64,000 nt of DNA from Bacteroidia bacterium. GTDB lineage: Bacteria; Bacteroidota; Bacteroidia; NS11-12g; UBA955. The stretch spans positions 23,195-87,194 of the forward strand of contig JAWKNQ010000007.1 in assembly GCA_041391605.1 (NCBI GenBank), in the 5' to 3' direction. The position numbers and the translations under genes were made by a program. Below are positions 11,039 through 18,940 of this stretch, in pieces. Numbering within the stretch: the first letter of the stretch is position 1; every line of letters begins with the position of its first letter. The notes beneath the pieces were generated by a model, which saw only the letters and a program-made list of their open reading frames with translations, was not told where the DNA came from and made no database searches.

Positions 11039-11278
11039 ATGTTTGACTATTTAGATTTTCTACCTTATTTATTGAAAGAACAATTCTATGGGAATAAATC
11101 GAAAATGATATTTTGGCTAACAAAGGTATTGAACAATGGGAAAAATGAACGTCAAATTAAGGGAAATATCAATATTTTAAATGAGAAAACAAACGAAAAA
11201 TCGGATAAATATACATCTCATTTGCATACCGAAAAAGTAATTAAAGATTATCAAATATTAAAAATTGGGGGTATTTGA
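11039..11278 (+). CDS. Hypothetical small protein (element cargo)
   Basis: 79-aa ORF; the upstream 10549-10895 region has overlapping short ORFs and in-frame stops, so it may be decayed. Confidence 0.3.
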   Translation: MFDYLDFLPYLLKEQFYGNKSKMIFWLTKVLNNGKNERQIKGNINILNEKTNEKSDKYTSHLHTEKVIKDYQILKIGGI

Positions 11279-11333
11279 CTTAATTTCCCCCAAAATAACC
11301 CTCTCATAATTGCAGTATTAAATAAATACTGTA

Positions 11334-11624
11334 ATGGAATTAACATTTGAACAACTCCCTTTAGCGATTAGGGACCTCACCAGCAAAGTAGAAAGAATTG
11401 AATCTTTACTACTCAATCGTTCGACCTCAGACAATGATACAGACCAGTTAATTTGTATCAAAGAAACTGCAAAGTATCTCAAATTATCGGTCCCAACCAT
11501 TTACCGAAAAGTTAGTAGAGGTGAAATACCTTATTGCAAGAAGTCCAACCGTTTATACTTTTCTAAATCTGAACTAATTGATTGGATTAAAACTAGCAGT
11601 TTCCCAGTTCTAAACAAAAAATAA
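11334..11624 (+). CDS. Helix-turn-helix DNA-binding protein, excisionase/Xis-like
   Basis: KETAKYLKLSVPTIYRKVSRGEIPYCK is a HTH_17-like motif typical of Bacteroidota mobile-element Xis/regulators. Confidence 0.65.
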   Translation: MELTFEQLPLAIRDLTSKVERIESLLLNRSTSDNDTDQLICIKETAKYLKLSVPTIYRKVSRGEIPYCKKSNRLYFSKSELIDWIKTSSFPVLNKK

Positions 11625-11628
11625 GATT

Positions 11629-12693
11629 ATGAAATTAAGTAATTTTGATAAGAACCAATTCAATAAGTTAGGACAACAAAGGACCGATAACAAGACAAAG
11701 CCTAAAAACACAAGCGACAAAACACTTAAAGGTAAGGGGTCCAAAATCAATCCAGAAAAGACAGGAAACTGGGCAAAGCGAAAGACAATATCATCAGTGT
11801 TGCTGCTCAATCTAATCACTGTAGCTGAAAAGAAAAGCAGAAATCCAAAAATAATTAAATCCTATAGGAATGCTTACTATTGTCTTAATGAGGTTGAAAC
11901 AAGCGGCAATAAGCTATTTGGCAAGTACTGTAAAAATAGGCATTGTTTGAATTGTGCTGCTATTAGAAAAGCGGAATTAATTAACAAATATTTACCTATT
12001 GTAAAGCAATGGAAGGACCCTCAATTGGTTACTCTTACAATTAAAGCTATACCCGCCAAAAACCTAAAGAAGTTTATGAAAGAAGGTATGGTGAAAGCAA
12101 TAAAAAGAATAATAGCAAGATACCGTAAAAGAAGCTACAGAAATGATTCAAAACCAATGATAGGAATAAGAGCATTAGAATGTAATTTTAACCCACAAAA
12201 ACGAACATACAATCCTCATTACCATTTGATAGTTTCAGACTTAGAAACCGCAAAAAATCTAGTAAAAGATTGGATGGCACTTTGGACCAACAAACACACT
12301 GGAATATATTCTCAAAACATAAGACCAGTAAAAGACACAACCAAAGATTTAATTGAGGTCATTAAATACGGTACTAAGATTTTTACAGACCCAACAATGA
12401 AAAAAGGCAGAAACAAAAAAACACCTCACTTTGTATACGTTTCTGCAATTGATAATATCCTAAATGCTATGATTGGTATTAGGCAATTTGAACACTTTGG
12501 GTTTAAAATCCCGAAACAAAACAAAGTAAAGTTTGACCCTGAAATAGCTGAAGAATTAAAACAATGGCAATTTGATTTAAGAAAAGCAGATTGGACTGAT
12601 ATCGAATCTGATGACAACTCTCTTTCTGGTCATTCATTAGACCCTAATACACAAAACACGTTAGAAAATAATATAAATCTGGATTTAGAATAG
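11629..12693 (+). CDS. rep: Rolling-circle replication initiator, pC194/pUB110 (Rep_1, HUH) family
   Basis: Zn-finger CKNRHCLNC; motif 2 NPHYHLIV (HUH); motif 3 VIKYGTK catalytic Tyr. Confidence 0.7.
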   Translation: MKLSNFDKNQFNKLGQQRTDNKTKPKNTSDKTLKGKGSKINPEKTGNWAKRKTISSVLLLNLITVAEKKSRNPKIIKSYRNAYYCLNEVETSGNKLFGKYCKNRHCLNCAAIRKAELINKYLPIVKQWKDPQLVTLTIKAIPAKNLKKFMKEGMVKAIKRIIARYRKRSYRNDSKPMIGIRALECNFNPQKRTYNPHYHLIVSDLETAKNLVKDWMALWTNKHTGIYSQNIRPVKDTTKDLIEVIKYGTKIFTDPTMKKGRNKKTPHFVYVSAIDNILNAMIGIRQFEHFGFKIPKQNKVKFDPEIAEELKQWQFDLRKADWTDIESDDNSLSGHSLDPNTQNTLENNINLDLE

Positions 12694-12700
12694 TTTTTCA

Positions 12701-12723
12701 GCGGAGAACAAATGATTCTCCGC
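12701..12723. other. Perfect 8-bp stem-loop GCGGAGAA-caaatga-TTCTCCGC between rep and the RM gene
   Basis: GC-rich hairpin with no 3' U-tract; candidate RCR origin hairpin or processing/attenuation structure. Confidence 0.3.
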
Positions 12724-12760
12724 CAAAATTCCTATGTTTGTGCAAAGCAAACAAAACTAA

Positions 12761-15700
12761 ATGACCGTATCTGAATACATTGAAAACCTTAATAAACGCT
12801 ATCAATTAGGCAACGCCACAGAACATACTTTCCGCGGCGACTTACAATCACTAATTGAAAGTCTGGTCCCAGAAGTAGCAGCAACCAACGAACCAAAACG
12901 AATCCAATGCGGCGCCCCCGATTATGTTATAACTAGGAAAGATATACCTATAGGATTCATTGAAGCCAAAGACGTTGGGACCGACCTAAGTAGCAAATCA
13001 CTAAAAGAACAATTCGACCGATACAAGGCATCTTTAAACAATCTTATCATTACAGATTATTTAGACTTTCATTTATATATAGACGGCGCTTTTGTCACCA
13101 GTATACGAATTGGAGAAATCTATAAAGGTGCCATCATAGCCAAACCTGAAAATTTAGAAACATTTGAAAATTTAATCAAAGATTTTTGTTTGCATATTGG
13201 GCAAACGATTAAAAGCAGTAAGCGTTTAGCTGAAATGATGGCAGCAAAAGCAAGAATGTTGTCTGATGTTATAGAAAAATCGCTAAACAGCGATGAAGAC
13301 AAAGATGCCAATAGCTCACTTAAAGACCAGATGACAGCGTTTAAGCAAATACTTATACATGACATCAAACCAAAGGAATTTGCAGACGTTTACGCTCAAA
13401 CTATTGCTTATGGTATGTTTGCGGCAAGATTACACGACCCTACATTAGAAACATTTACCAGACAAGAAGCGGCTGAACTAATACCAAAATCAAATCCGTT
13501 TCTTAGAAAATTGTTTGGTTATATCGCTGGACCCGACATCGACGACCGTATTAAATGGATAGTTGCGAGTTTAGCCGATGTTTTCAGAGCTTCAGATGTA
13601 GCAGCCATCTTAAAGAACTTTGGAAAATCAACACAAACCCAAGACCCTATTATTCATTTTTATGAAACCTTTCTAAGCGAATACGACCCCAAATTAAGAA
13701 AAGCCAGAGGGGTTTGGTATACGCCAGAGCCAGTAGTTAATTTTATAGTTCGTGCAGTAGATGACATATTAAAGACTGAATTTGATTTGCCACAGGGTTT
13801 AGCAGACACAAGTAAAACAAAAATTAAAGTAAATGTCCAAGGCAAGAAAGTAGAACAAGAAGTTCACCGAGTACAGATATTGGACCCAGCAACGGGAACG
13901 GGCACTTTCTTAGCAGAAGTGATAAAACAAATTCATGCGAAATTTGAAGGTCAAAAAGGCATTTGGTCCAACTATGTAGAAAATCAATTGTTACCACGTT
14001 TAAATGGTTTTGAGTTACTGATGGCATCTTATGCAATGGCTCATTTAAAATTAGATTTACTATTGACTGAAACAGGCTATAAACCAACTCGGAACCAACG
14101 ATTCAAAGTATATCTTACAAACAGCTTAGAAGAACACCATCCCGAGACAGGTACTTTATTTGCCAATTGGTTAAGCAGCGAAGCCAATGAAGCGAATCAA
14201 ATCAAAAGAGATACTCCTGTAATGTGTGTAATTGGGAATCCTCCATATGCTGTAAGTAGCAATAATAAAAGTATTGATACGGATGGACATAAAACTTGGA
14301 TTGGACGTTTAATTGATGATTACAAAAAAAACCTAAATGAAAGAAAAATTAACTTAGATGACGATTATATAAAATTCATTCGCTACGGTCAGTATTTTAT
14401 AGACAAGAATGGGAGTGGTGTTTTGGCTTATATATCAAATAATAGTTTCATAGATGGAATTACTCACAGGCAAATGAGAAAAAGTCTATTAGAATGTTTT
14501 AACAAGATTTACATTCTGGATTTACATGGGAGTTCTAAAAAGAATGAAGTTTCAATTAGTGGCGGTAAAGACGAAAATGTTTTTGATATTCAGCAGGGTG
14601 TGAGTATTAATATATTTATTAAATATAACCAGAAAAAACAAAGTAAATCAACCGAAGTGCTACATTCAGATATATTTGGTTTGCGAAAGGAAAAGTATTT
14701 AACTCTTGCCTCAAATTCTTTAAAAACAATCAAATGGGATAAATTAACATTGAAGCCGCCATATCATTTTTTTGTACCAAAGGATTACAATTCAATTAAC
14801 GAATATAACAAAGGTTTTCAGTTTACAGACTTATTTGTAAATTATAATTCTGGTATCCAAACTAAGAATGATAGTTTATCAATACAATTTCATCAAAATC
14901 AAATTGAAGCTGTGGTAAATGATTTCAAAACTGAAGGTGTAAATGAATTGAAAATCAAATATAATTTAAAAGATACAAGTGGATGGACAGTATTAAATGC
15001 TAAAAATGACTTGTTGAAAAATGAAGGCAATTTTTATAAAATATATTATAGACCCTTTGATTTGAGATATATTTATATGACAAATAAGTCAGGCGGATTT
15101 GTAGGCAGACCCAGAATGGATACTATGAGGCACTTTTTGAATGGAGATAATTATGGATTGATAACCGTGAGGCAACAAAGTACATTTGATTTTCAACATA
15201 TACTTATCTCAAATACAATTATGGAAAGTGGTGCAATTTCCCTTCAAACTAAAGAATGGGGCTATATTTTCCCCTTATACTTATACCCTGTTTCAAATAG
15301 CCAATTAAAAATAAATCAAACTGAAAAAAGGATTCCGAATTTGAACATAGAAATTATAAAATTAATTTCTGATAAATTAGGGTTTATATTTTCAAATGAA
15401 AAGGAAATTAGCAAAAATTCTTTTGCCCCTATTGACATATTAGATTACATCTATGCGGTATTATATTCACCAAAGTATCGAGAGAAATACAAAGAATATT
15501 TAAAAATAGATTTCCCCCGTGTACCTTATCCAAAGGACCAGAAAACATTTTGGGCATTGGTTAAACTAGGCAGTGAGTTAAGGCAAATACATTTATTAGA
15601 TAGCCCTGTCATTGAAAAGTATATTACCCAATACCCTATCGACGGCGATAACATTGTTGTAAAACCGATTTTCAAAGATGGCAAGGTATATATAAACGAA

Positions 15701-15901
15701 ACGCAGTATTTTGAAGCGGTCCCTGAGATAGCATGGAATTTTTACATAGGTGGTTACCAACCTGCCCAGAAATGGCTAAAGGACCGCAAAGACAGGGTTT
15801 TAGATTTTGATGACATTCTGCACTATCAGAAGATAATTGTAGCTTTGTTTGAAACAGATAGGATTATGAAGAAAATAAATCAGTTAATTTATAAAGATTA
15901 A
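12761..15901 (+). CDS. Type IIG (MmeI-like) restriction-modification enzyme: N-terminal PD-ExK nuclease, gamma-class N6-adenine methyltransferase, C-terminal TRD
   Basis: GAPDYVITRKD...IGFIEAKD (PD...EAK); LDPATGTGTFL (motif I); VIGNPPYA (motif IV); 1046 aa with no helicase or separate S subunit. Confidence 0.75.
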   Translation: MTVSEYIENLNKRYQLGNATEHTFRGDLQSLIESLVPEVAATNEPKRIQCGAPDYVITRKDIPIGFIEAKDVGTDLSSKSLKEQFDRYKASLNNLIITDYLDFHLYIDGAFVTSIRIGEIYKGAIIAKPENLETFENLIKDFCLHIGQTIKSSKRLAEMMAAKARMLSDVIEKSLNSDEDKDANSSLKDQMTAFKQILIHDIKPKEFADVYAQTIAYGMFAARLHDPTLETFTRQEAAELIPKSNPFLRKLFGYIAGPDIDDRIKWIVASLADVFRASDVAAILKNFGKSTQTQDPIIHFYETFLSEYDPKLRKARGVWYTPEPVVNFIVRAVDDILKTEFDLPQGLADTSKTKIKVNVQGKKVEQEVHRVQILDPATGTGTFLAEVIKQIHAKFEGQKGIWSNYVENQLLPRLNGFELLMASYAMAHLKLDLLLTETGYKPTRNQRFKVYLTNSLEEHHPETGTLFANWLSSEANEANQIKRDTPVMCVIGNPPYAVSSNNKSIDTDGHKTWIGRLIDDYKKNLNERKINLDDDYIKFIRYGQYFIDKNGSGVLAYISNNSFIDGITHRQMRKSLLECFNKIYILDLHGSSKKNEVSISGGKDENVFDIQQGVSINIFIKYNQKKQSKSTEVLHSDIFGLRKEKYLTLASNSLKTIKWDKLTLKPPYHFFVPKDYNSINEYNKGFQFTDLFVNYNSGIQTKNDSLSIQFHQNQIEAVVNDFKTEGVNELKIKYNLKDTSGWTVLNAKNDLLKNEGNFYKIYYRPFDLRYIYMTNKSGGFVGRPRMDTMRHFLNGDNYGLITVRQQSTFDFQHILISNTIMESGAISLQTKEWGYIFPLYLYPVSNSQLKINQTEKRIPNLNIEIIKLISDKLGFIFSNEKEISKNSFAPIDILDYIYAVLYSPKYREKYKEYLKIDFPRVPYPKDQKTFWALVKLGSELRQIHLLDSPVIEKYITQYPIDGDNIVVKPIFKDGKVYINETQYFEAVPEIAWNFYIGGYQPAQKWLKDRKDRVLDFDDILHYQKIIVALFETDRIMKKINQLIYKD

Positions 15902-16638
15902 ATTAAAGTTTGTTGATATACTTTTGTGAAGTATTTACTATAGTCGATTACTGGATATGGCAAATTTGGCTTTCCAAGCTTGTGTTTAATCAAATAAAAA
16001 AATAAATCTATCCTTACACTAGCAACAAATCCTTTATCCATATAATCTTCTATTAATACTCCTATTAATTTATATCTCGTTAATTTCCTTTTGTGAAAAT
16101 TAGTATTCCAGTCTGGTACAAACCAAAGTCCACTGCCACTCATTCCTGTTAATGAACTTAAATAGGTTTCTTTTACACCTCCAAATTTAACGCCCTTTTT
16201 CGAAATCCTTATTAAAAGATGAGACTCGTAATTAAACCCCCATTTATTATAATATTTTGGGTGAAAAGGAAAAGTCAATAAACTTTGTGGCTTGACAAGC
16301 TTTTTCTTTAATCCCTTTTTTAAGTTTGTTAAGGGAAAACCAGAAATAATATAGTCAGGTTTATTCATTAATTGATGATTTACCCACGTTGCAGATGGGA
16401 TTAATGCCTTCTGTTTGTTAATTAATAAAAACTGCTTAATTTCATTTGACAACTTCAATACAGAAACATCAATCTTTCCATTATTAGATGAAGAATCTAA
16501 GTAAGTGGTGCATAATGTTCCTTTTAGGTTAATATTCGTAAATCCAGTTAAATTTAACACCAACCCCTTTTTAAAGTTTTCTATTGAAAGTAAGTGACCT
16601 GCGGTCAACAAATAATAATCACCATAGATATAAAACAA
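15898..16638 (-). CDS. Trypsin-fold (S1-like) serine protease, cytoplasmic; 5' end disrupted or non-canonical (open frame to ~16795; ATG at 16751 is out of frame)
   Basis: LLTAGHLL (His), DVSVLKL (Asp) and GMSGSGLW (Ser) with chymotrypsin-like spacing. Its stop overlaps the RM stop by 4 bp (convergent). The track start is TTG. Confidence 0.55.
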   Translation of the reverse strand: MFYIYGDYYLLTAGHLLSIENFKKGLVLNLTGFTNINLKGTLCTTYLDSSSNNGKIDVSVLKLSNEIKQFLLINKQKALIPSATWVNHQLMNKPDYIISGFPLTNLKKGLKKKLVKPQSLLTFPFHPKYYNKWGFNYESHLLIRISKKGVKFGGVKETYLSSLTGMSGSGLWFVPDWNTNFHKRKLTRYKLIGVLIEDYMDKGFVASVRIDLFFYLIKHKLGKPNLPYPVIDYSKYFTKVYQQTLI

Positions 16639-16824
16639 TAAAGAGCACCCTAAAGGCTCTAATTTACTATCATCATTTTTTATAAATATGACGTATGTAA
16701 AATCAATTGCATCCTTAATTATATTATGAAACTTGTTTCTATTAATTTCATACGTTTTTTGGTAATAATCCTTTAAATTGTTTAATCTTTTATTTTACTG
16801 CTTTTTACTTTCATTATTAAAATT

Positions 16825-16846
16825 ATATGCAAATTGTATGCAAATG
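16825..16846 (+). promoter_or_regulatory. Tandem TATGCAAAT-type repeats near attR (candidate arm-type integrase site)
   Basis: aTATGCAAATtGTATGCAAATg in the same orientation as the copy at 8602-8624. Confidence 0.4.
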
Positions 16847-16886
16847 AAAAAAGGGTTTCAATCTGAATCGACCGAAACCCTTTTGT
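16847..16886. terminator. Stem-loop terminator
   Basis: AAAAAA-GGGTTTC-(14 nt)-GAAACCC-TTTTGTT. Confidence 0.5.
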
Positions 16887-16890
16887 TATC

Positions 16891-16938
16891 TAGTGGGAGC
16901 TACTGGGTTCGAACCAGTGACCCTCTGCTTGTAAGGCA
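16891..16938. repeat. attR-type direct repeat (overlaps the tRNA-Val 3' half)
   Basis: Identical to 8437-8484. Confidence 0.85.
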
Positions 16939-16968
16939 GATGCTCTGAACCAGCTGAGCTAAGCTCCC
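16894..16968 (-). tRNA. tRNA-Val (anticodon TAC)
   Basis: 75-nt cloverleaf hand-folded: acceptor GGGAGCT/AGCTCCC, D-stem GCTC/GAGC, anticodon loop CTTACAA, T-loop TTCGAAC, discriminator A. Confidence 0.9.
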
Positions 16969-17056
16969 TTGTTTTTAAGGACTGCAAAAATAATTAATAT
17001 TCAGACTTTCCAAATAAATTTTATTTATTTTTATTTATCCTTATAATCTAATTGTG

Positions 17057-17422
17057 CTATTCTGAGATTTCCTTAATCTCAGCATCACTCCACAACTCCT
17101 CTATTCCATAAAAATCTCGTTTGTCCTCTTGAAAAATATGCACAACGATGTCAAAGTAATCTATTAATATCCACTCAGACAATTCAGCACCCTCGACATG
17201 CCATGGCCTTTCATCTGCATTCTTCTTTGCAAATTCCTCCACACTATGAGCAATTGCATTTACTTGTTTATCGCTGTTTCCATGACATACTATAAAATAA
17301 TCAGCCATGGAGGTTTTTAGTTTTCTTAAATCTAATACTTTAATACTATTGGCTTTCTTGTCGAGCATACCCGCTAGTATGGCATCCTTTAAATCAGTTT
17401 TGGCGGTTTTCTTTTTTGGCAT
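17057..17422 (-). CDS. rsfS: Ribosome silencing factor RsfS (Iojap)
   Basis: DYFIVCHGNSDKQVNAIAHSV...IDYFDIVVHIF; start at MPKKK Met preferred. Confidence 0.8.
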   Translation of the reverse strand: MPKKKTAKTDLKDAILAGMLDKKANSIKVLDLRKLKTSMADYFIVCHGNSDKQVNAIAHSVEEFAKKNADERPWHVEGAELSEWILIDYFDIVVHIFQEDKRDFYGIEELWSDAEIKEISE

Positions 17423-17439
17423 TAACCTTGTAACTTTAA

Positions 17440-18237
17440 TTGGTCTTGTATATTGTGTTCGCAAAAGTAAAACCAAATACCCGAATAATAGGTCAAAATA
17501 TTATTTATTTTAATCAAGTACCGTCCACCAATTCATATGCATTTGAATTGTTAAAACAAAAAATTGCAGTAAACGGTTCTGTAATCATTGCTGAATACCA
17601 AACTGAAGGCAAAGGGCAATCGGGTAAACTTTGGTATAGTGAAGCGTATAAAAACTTACTTTTTTCTTTGATTATCAAGCCTGTAACAAAGCATAACCTA
17701 AATCCGTTTAGTATTAATAAAGCAATCGCTATAGCTATGCAAAAGACAATACAAACACTGTTACCTAATCAAAATGTTAACATCAAATGGCCAAATGATA
17801 TTTTAATAAAAAGACAAAAAGTTTGTGGAATTCTTACAGAAAATAATTTTACGGGTCAACAGTTAAACGCTTGTGTTATAGGAATTGGCTTAAATGTGAA
17901 TCAAATCATGAAAAAAAACGATCAATTTCTCTCGTGTTCCCTTTGTATGTTCTCAGATAATGAATTTGATCGCCAAGTGATCTTAAAGCAAATATTGGAA
18001 TCTATTGAATATGAAGTAGACAAACTTTTTACTGGGAAAGAGCATGAAGTTCAATCTCAATACAATGAATTACTACTTGGATATAAACAAGTTCAAGGTT
18101 TTTTATTAAATTCACAACAAATTTCAGCAAAACTACAAGGCTGTGATATCAATGGTTCTCTTATTATACAACAAGGAGATGGAAGTGAAGAATCCTATCT
18201 TCATGGCACAATCAAACAACTAATTAATAATGAATAA
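17440..18237 (+). CDS. birA: Biotin--[acetyl-CoA-carboxylase] ligase
   Basis: EGKGQSGKLWYS (GRGRxGxxW-type) motif; 265 aa without HTH. Confidence 0.8.
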   Translation: MVLYIVFAKVKPNTRIIGQNIIYFNQVPSTNSYAFELLKQKIAVNGSVIIAEYQTEGKGQSGKLWYSEAYKNLLFSLIIKPVTKHNLNPFSINKAIAIAMQKTIQTLLPNQNVNIKWPNDILIKRQKVCGILTENNFTGQQLNACVIGIGLNVNQIMKKNDQFLSCSLCMFSDNEFDRQVILKQILESIEYEVDKLFTGKEHEVQSQYNELLLGYKQVQGFLLNSQQISAKLQGCDINGSLIIQQGDGSEESYLHGTIKQLINNE

Positions 18238-18940
18238 AGGTGTTATAGATATTGGAAACACAAGGATAAAATCTGCAATTTTCAATGCTCAAGGAGAAAT
18301 TACCAAGCTCGATACCTTTCAAATCGCTAAAAACGCTGTTGATTGGCTAAAATCTAATCAAGTTGATTCTATTTTTGTGAGTTCTGTATCTCAAAAACAT
18401 TCAGAACTTGAGATCGATTCAAACATCCAATTCTTAAGACCTGATAGTATTTTGCCATTTAAAAACCTTTATAAAAGTCAAGAAACTTTAGGTTTAGACC
18501 GAATTGCAGCCATGGCCGCCGCTTCTGTGCTTTATCCAAATCAAGCCGTATTGGTTTTTGATATCGGTACCTGCATGACAATCGACTTTCTTTATCCTGA
18601 CAACTCATACAAAGGTGGGAATATATCTCCAGGTATAGAAATGCGCTTAAATTCGATGCATACCATGACAGGTCGTCTACCTCTTGCGGCAAAAGATATG
18701 ACGACACCCTTAATGGGAGATAGCACACATTCTGCCTTAGCCACAGGTGCAATGCTAGGAATGAAGTATGAAATTGAAGGTTATTTAAATGAATTTTCGA
18801 AAAAGTATCCAAATTTAATTGCCATAGGATGTGGGGGTGATTTTATGTATTTTGATATCCCATCGAAATACAAGATATTTGCCGCTCCAAATTTTGTGCT
18901 ATACGGTCTATATCACTTGTTATTACTGAATGAAAAATAA
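18230..18940 (+). CDS. coaX: Type III pantothenate kinase
   Basis: MNKGVIDIGNTRIKSAIF N-terminus with an ASKHA fold pattern. Confidence 0.85.
   Translation: MNKGVIDIGNTRIKSAIFNAQGEITKLDTFQIAKNAVDWLKSNQVDSIFVSSVSQKHSELEIDSNIQFLRPDSILPFKNLYKSQETLGLDRIAAMAAASVLYPNQAVLVFDIGTCMTIDFLYPDNSYKGGNISPGIEMRLNSMHTMTGRLPLAAKDMTTPLMGDSTHSALATGAMLGMKYEIEGYLNEFSKKYPNLIAIGCGGDFMYFDIPSKYKIFAAPNFVLYGLYHLLLLNEK

Larger units (their letters stand above)
8437..16938. mobile_element. Integrative element (~8.4 kb) in the tRNA-Val 3' end, carrying integrase, Xis-like HTH, RCR Rep, Type IIG RM and a serine protease
   Basis: Perfect 48-bp direct repeats, one being the 3' part of an intact tRNA-Val. Tyrosine integrase just inside. 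Cargo genes have somewhat higher GC than the flanks. Confidence 0.8.

Noticed and set aside
12761-15901. BREX PglX or Type I HsdM assignment for the large methyltransferase
   Set aside because: A clear N-terminal PD...EAK nuclease motif precedes the methyltransferase. No brxA/B/C/pglZ, hsdS or hsdR genes are nearby. Single-chain Type IIG architecture fits better.
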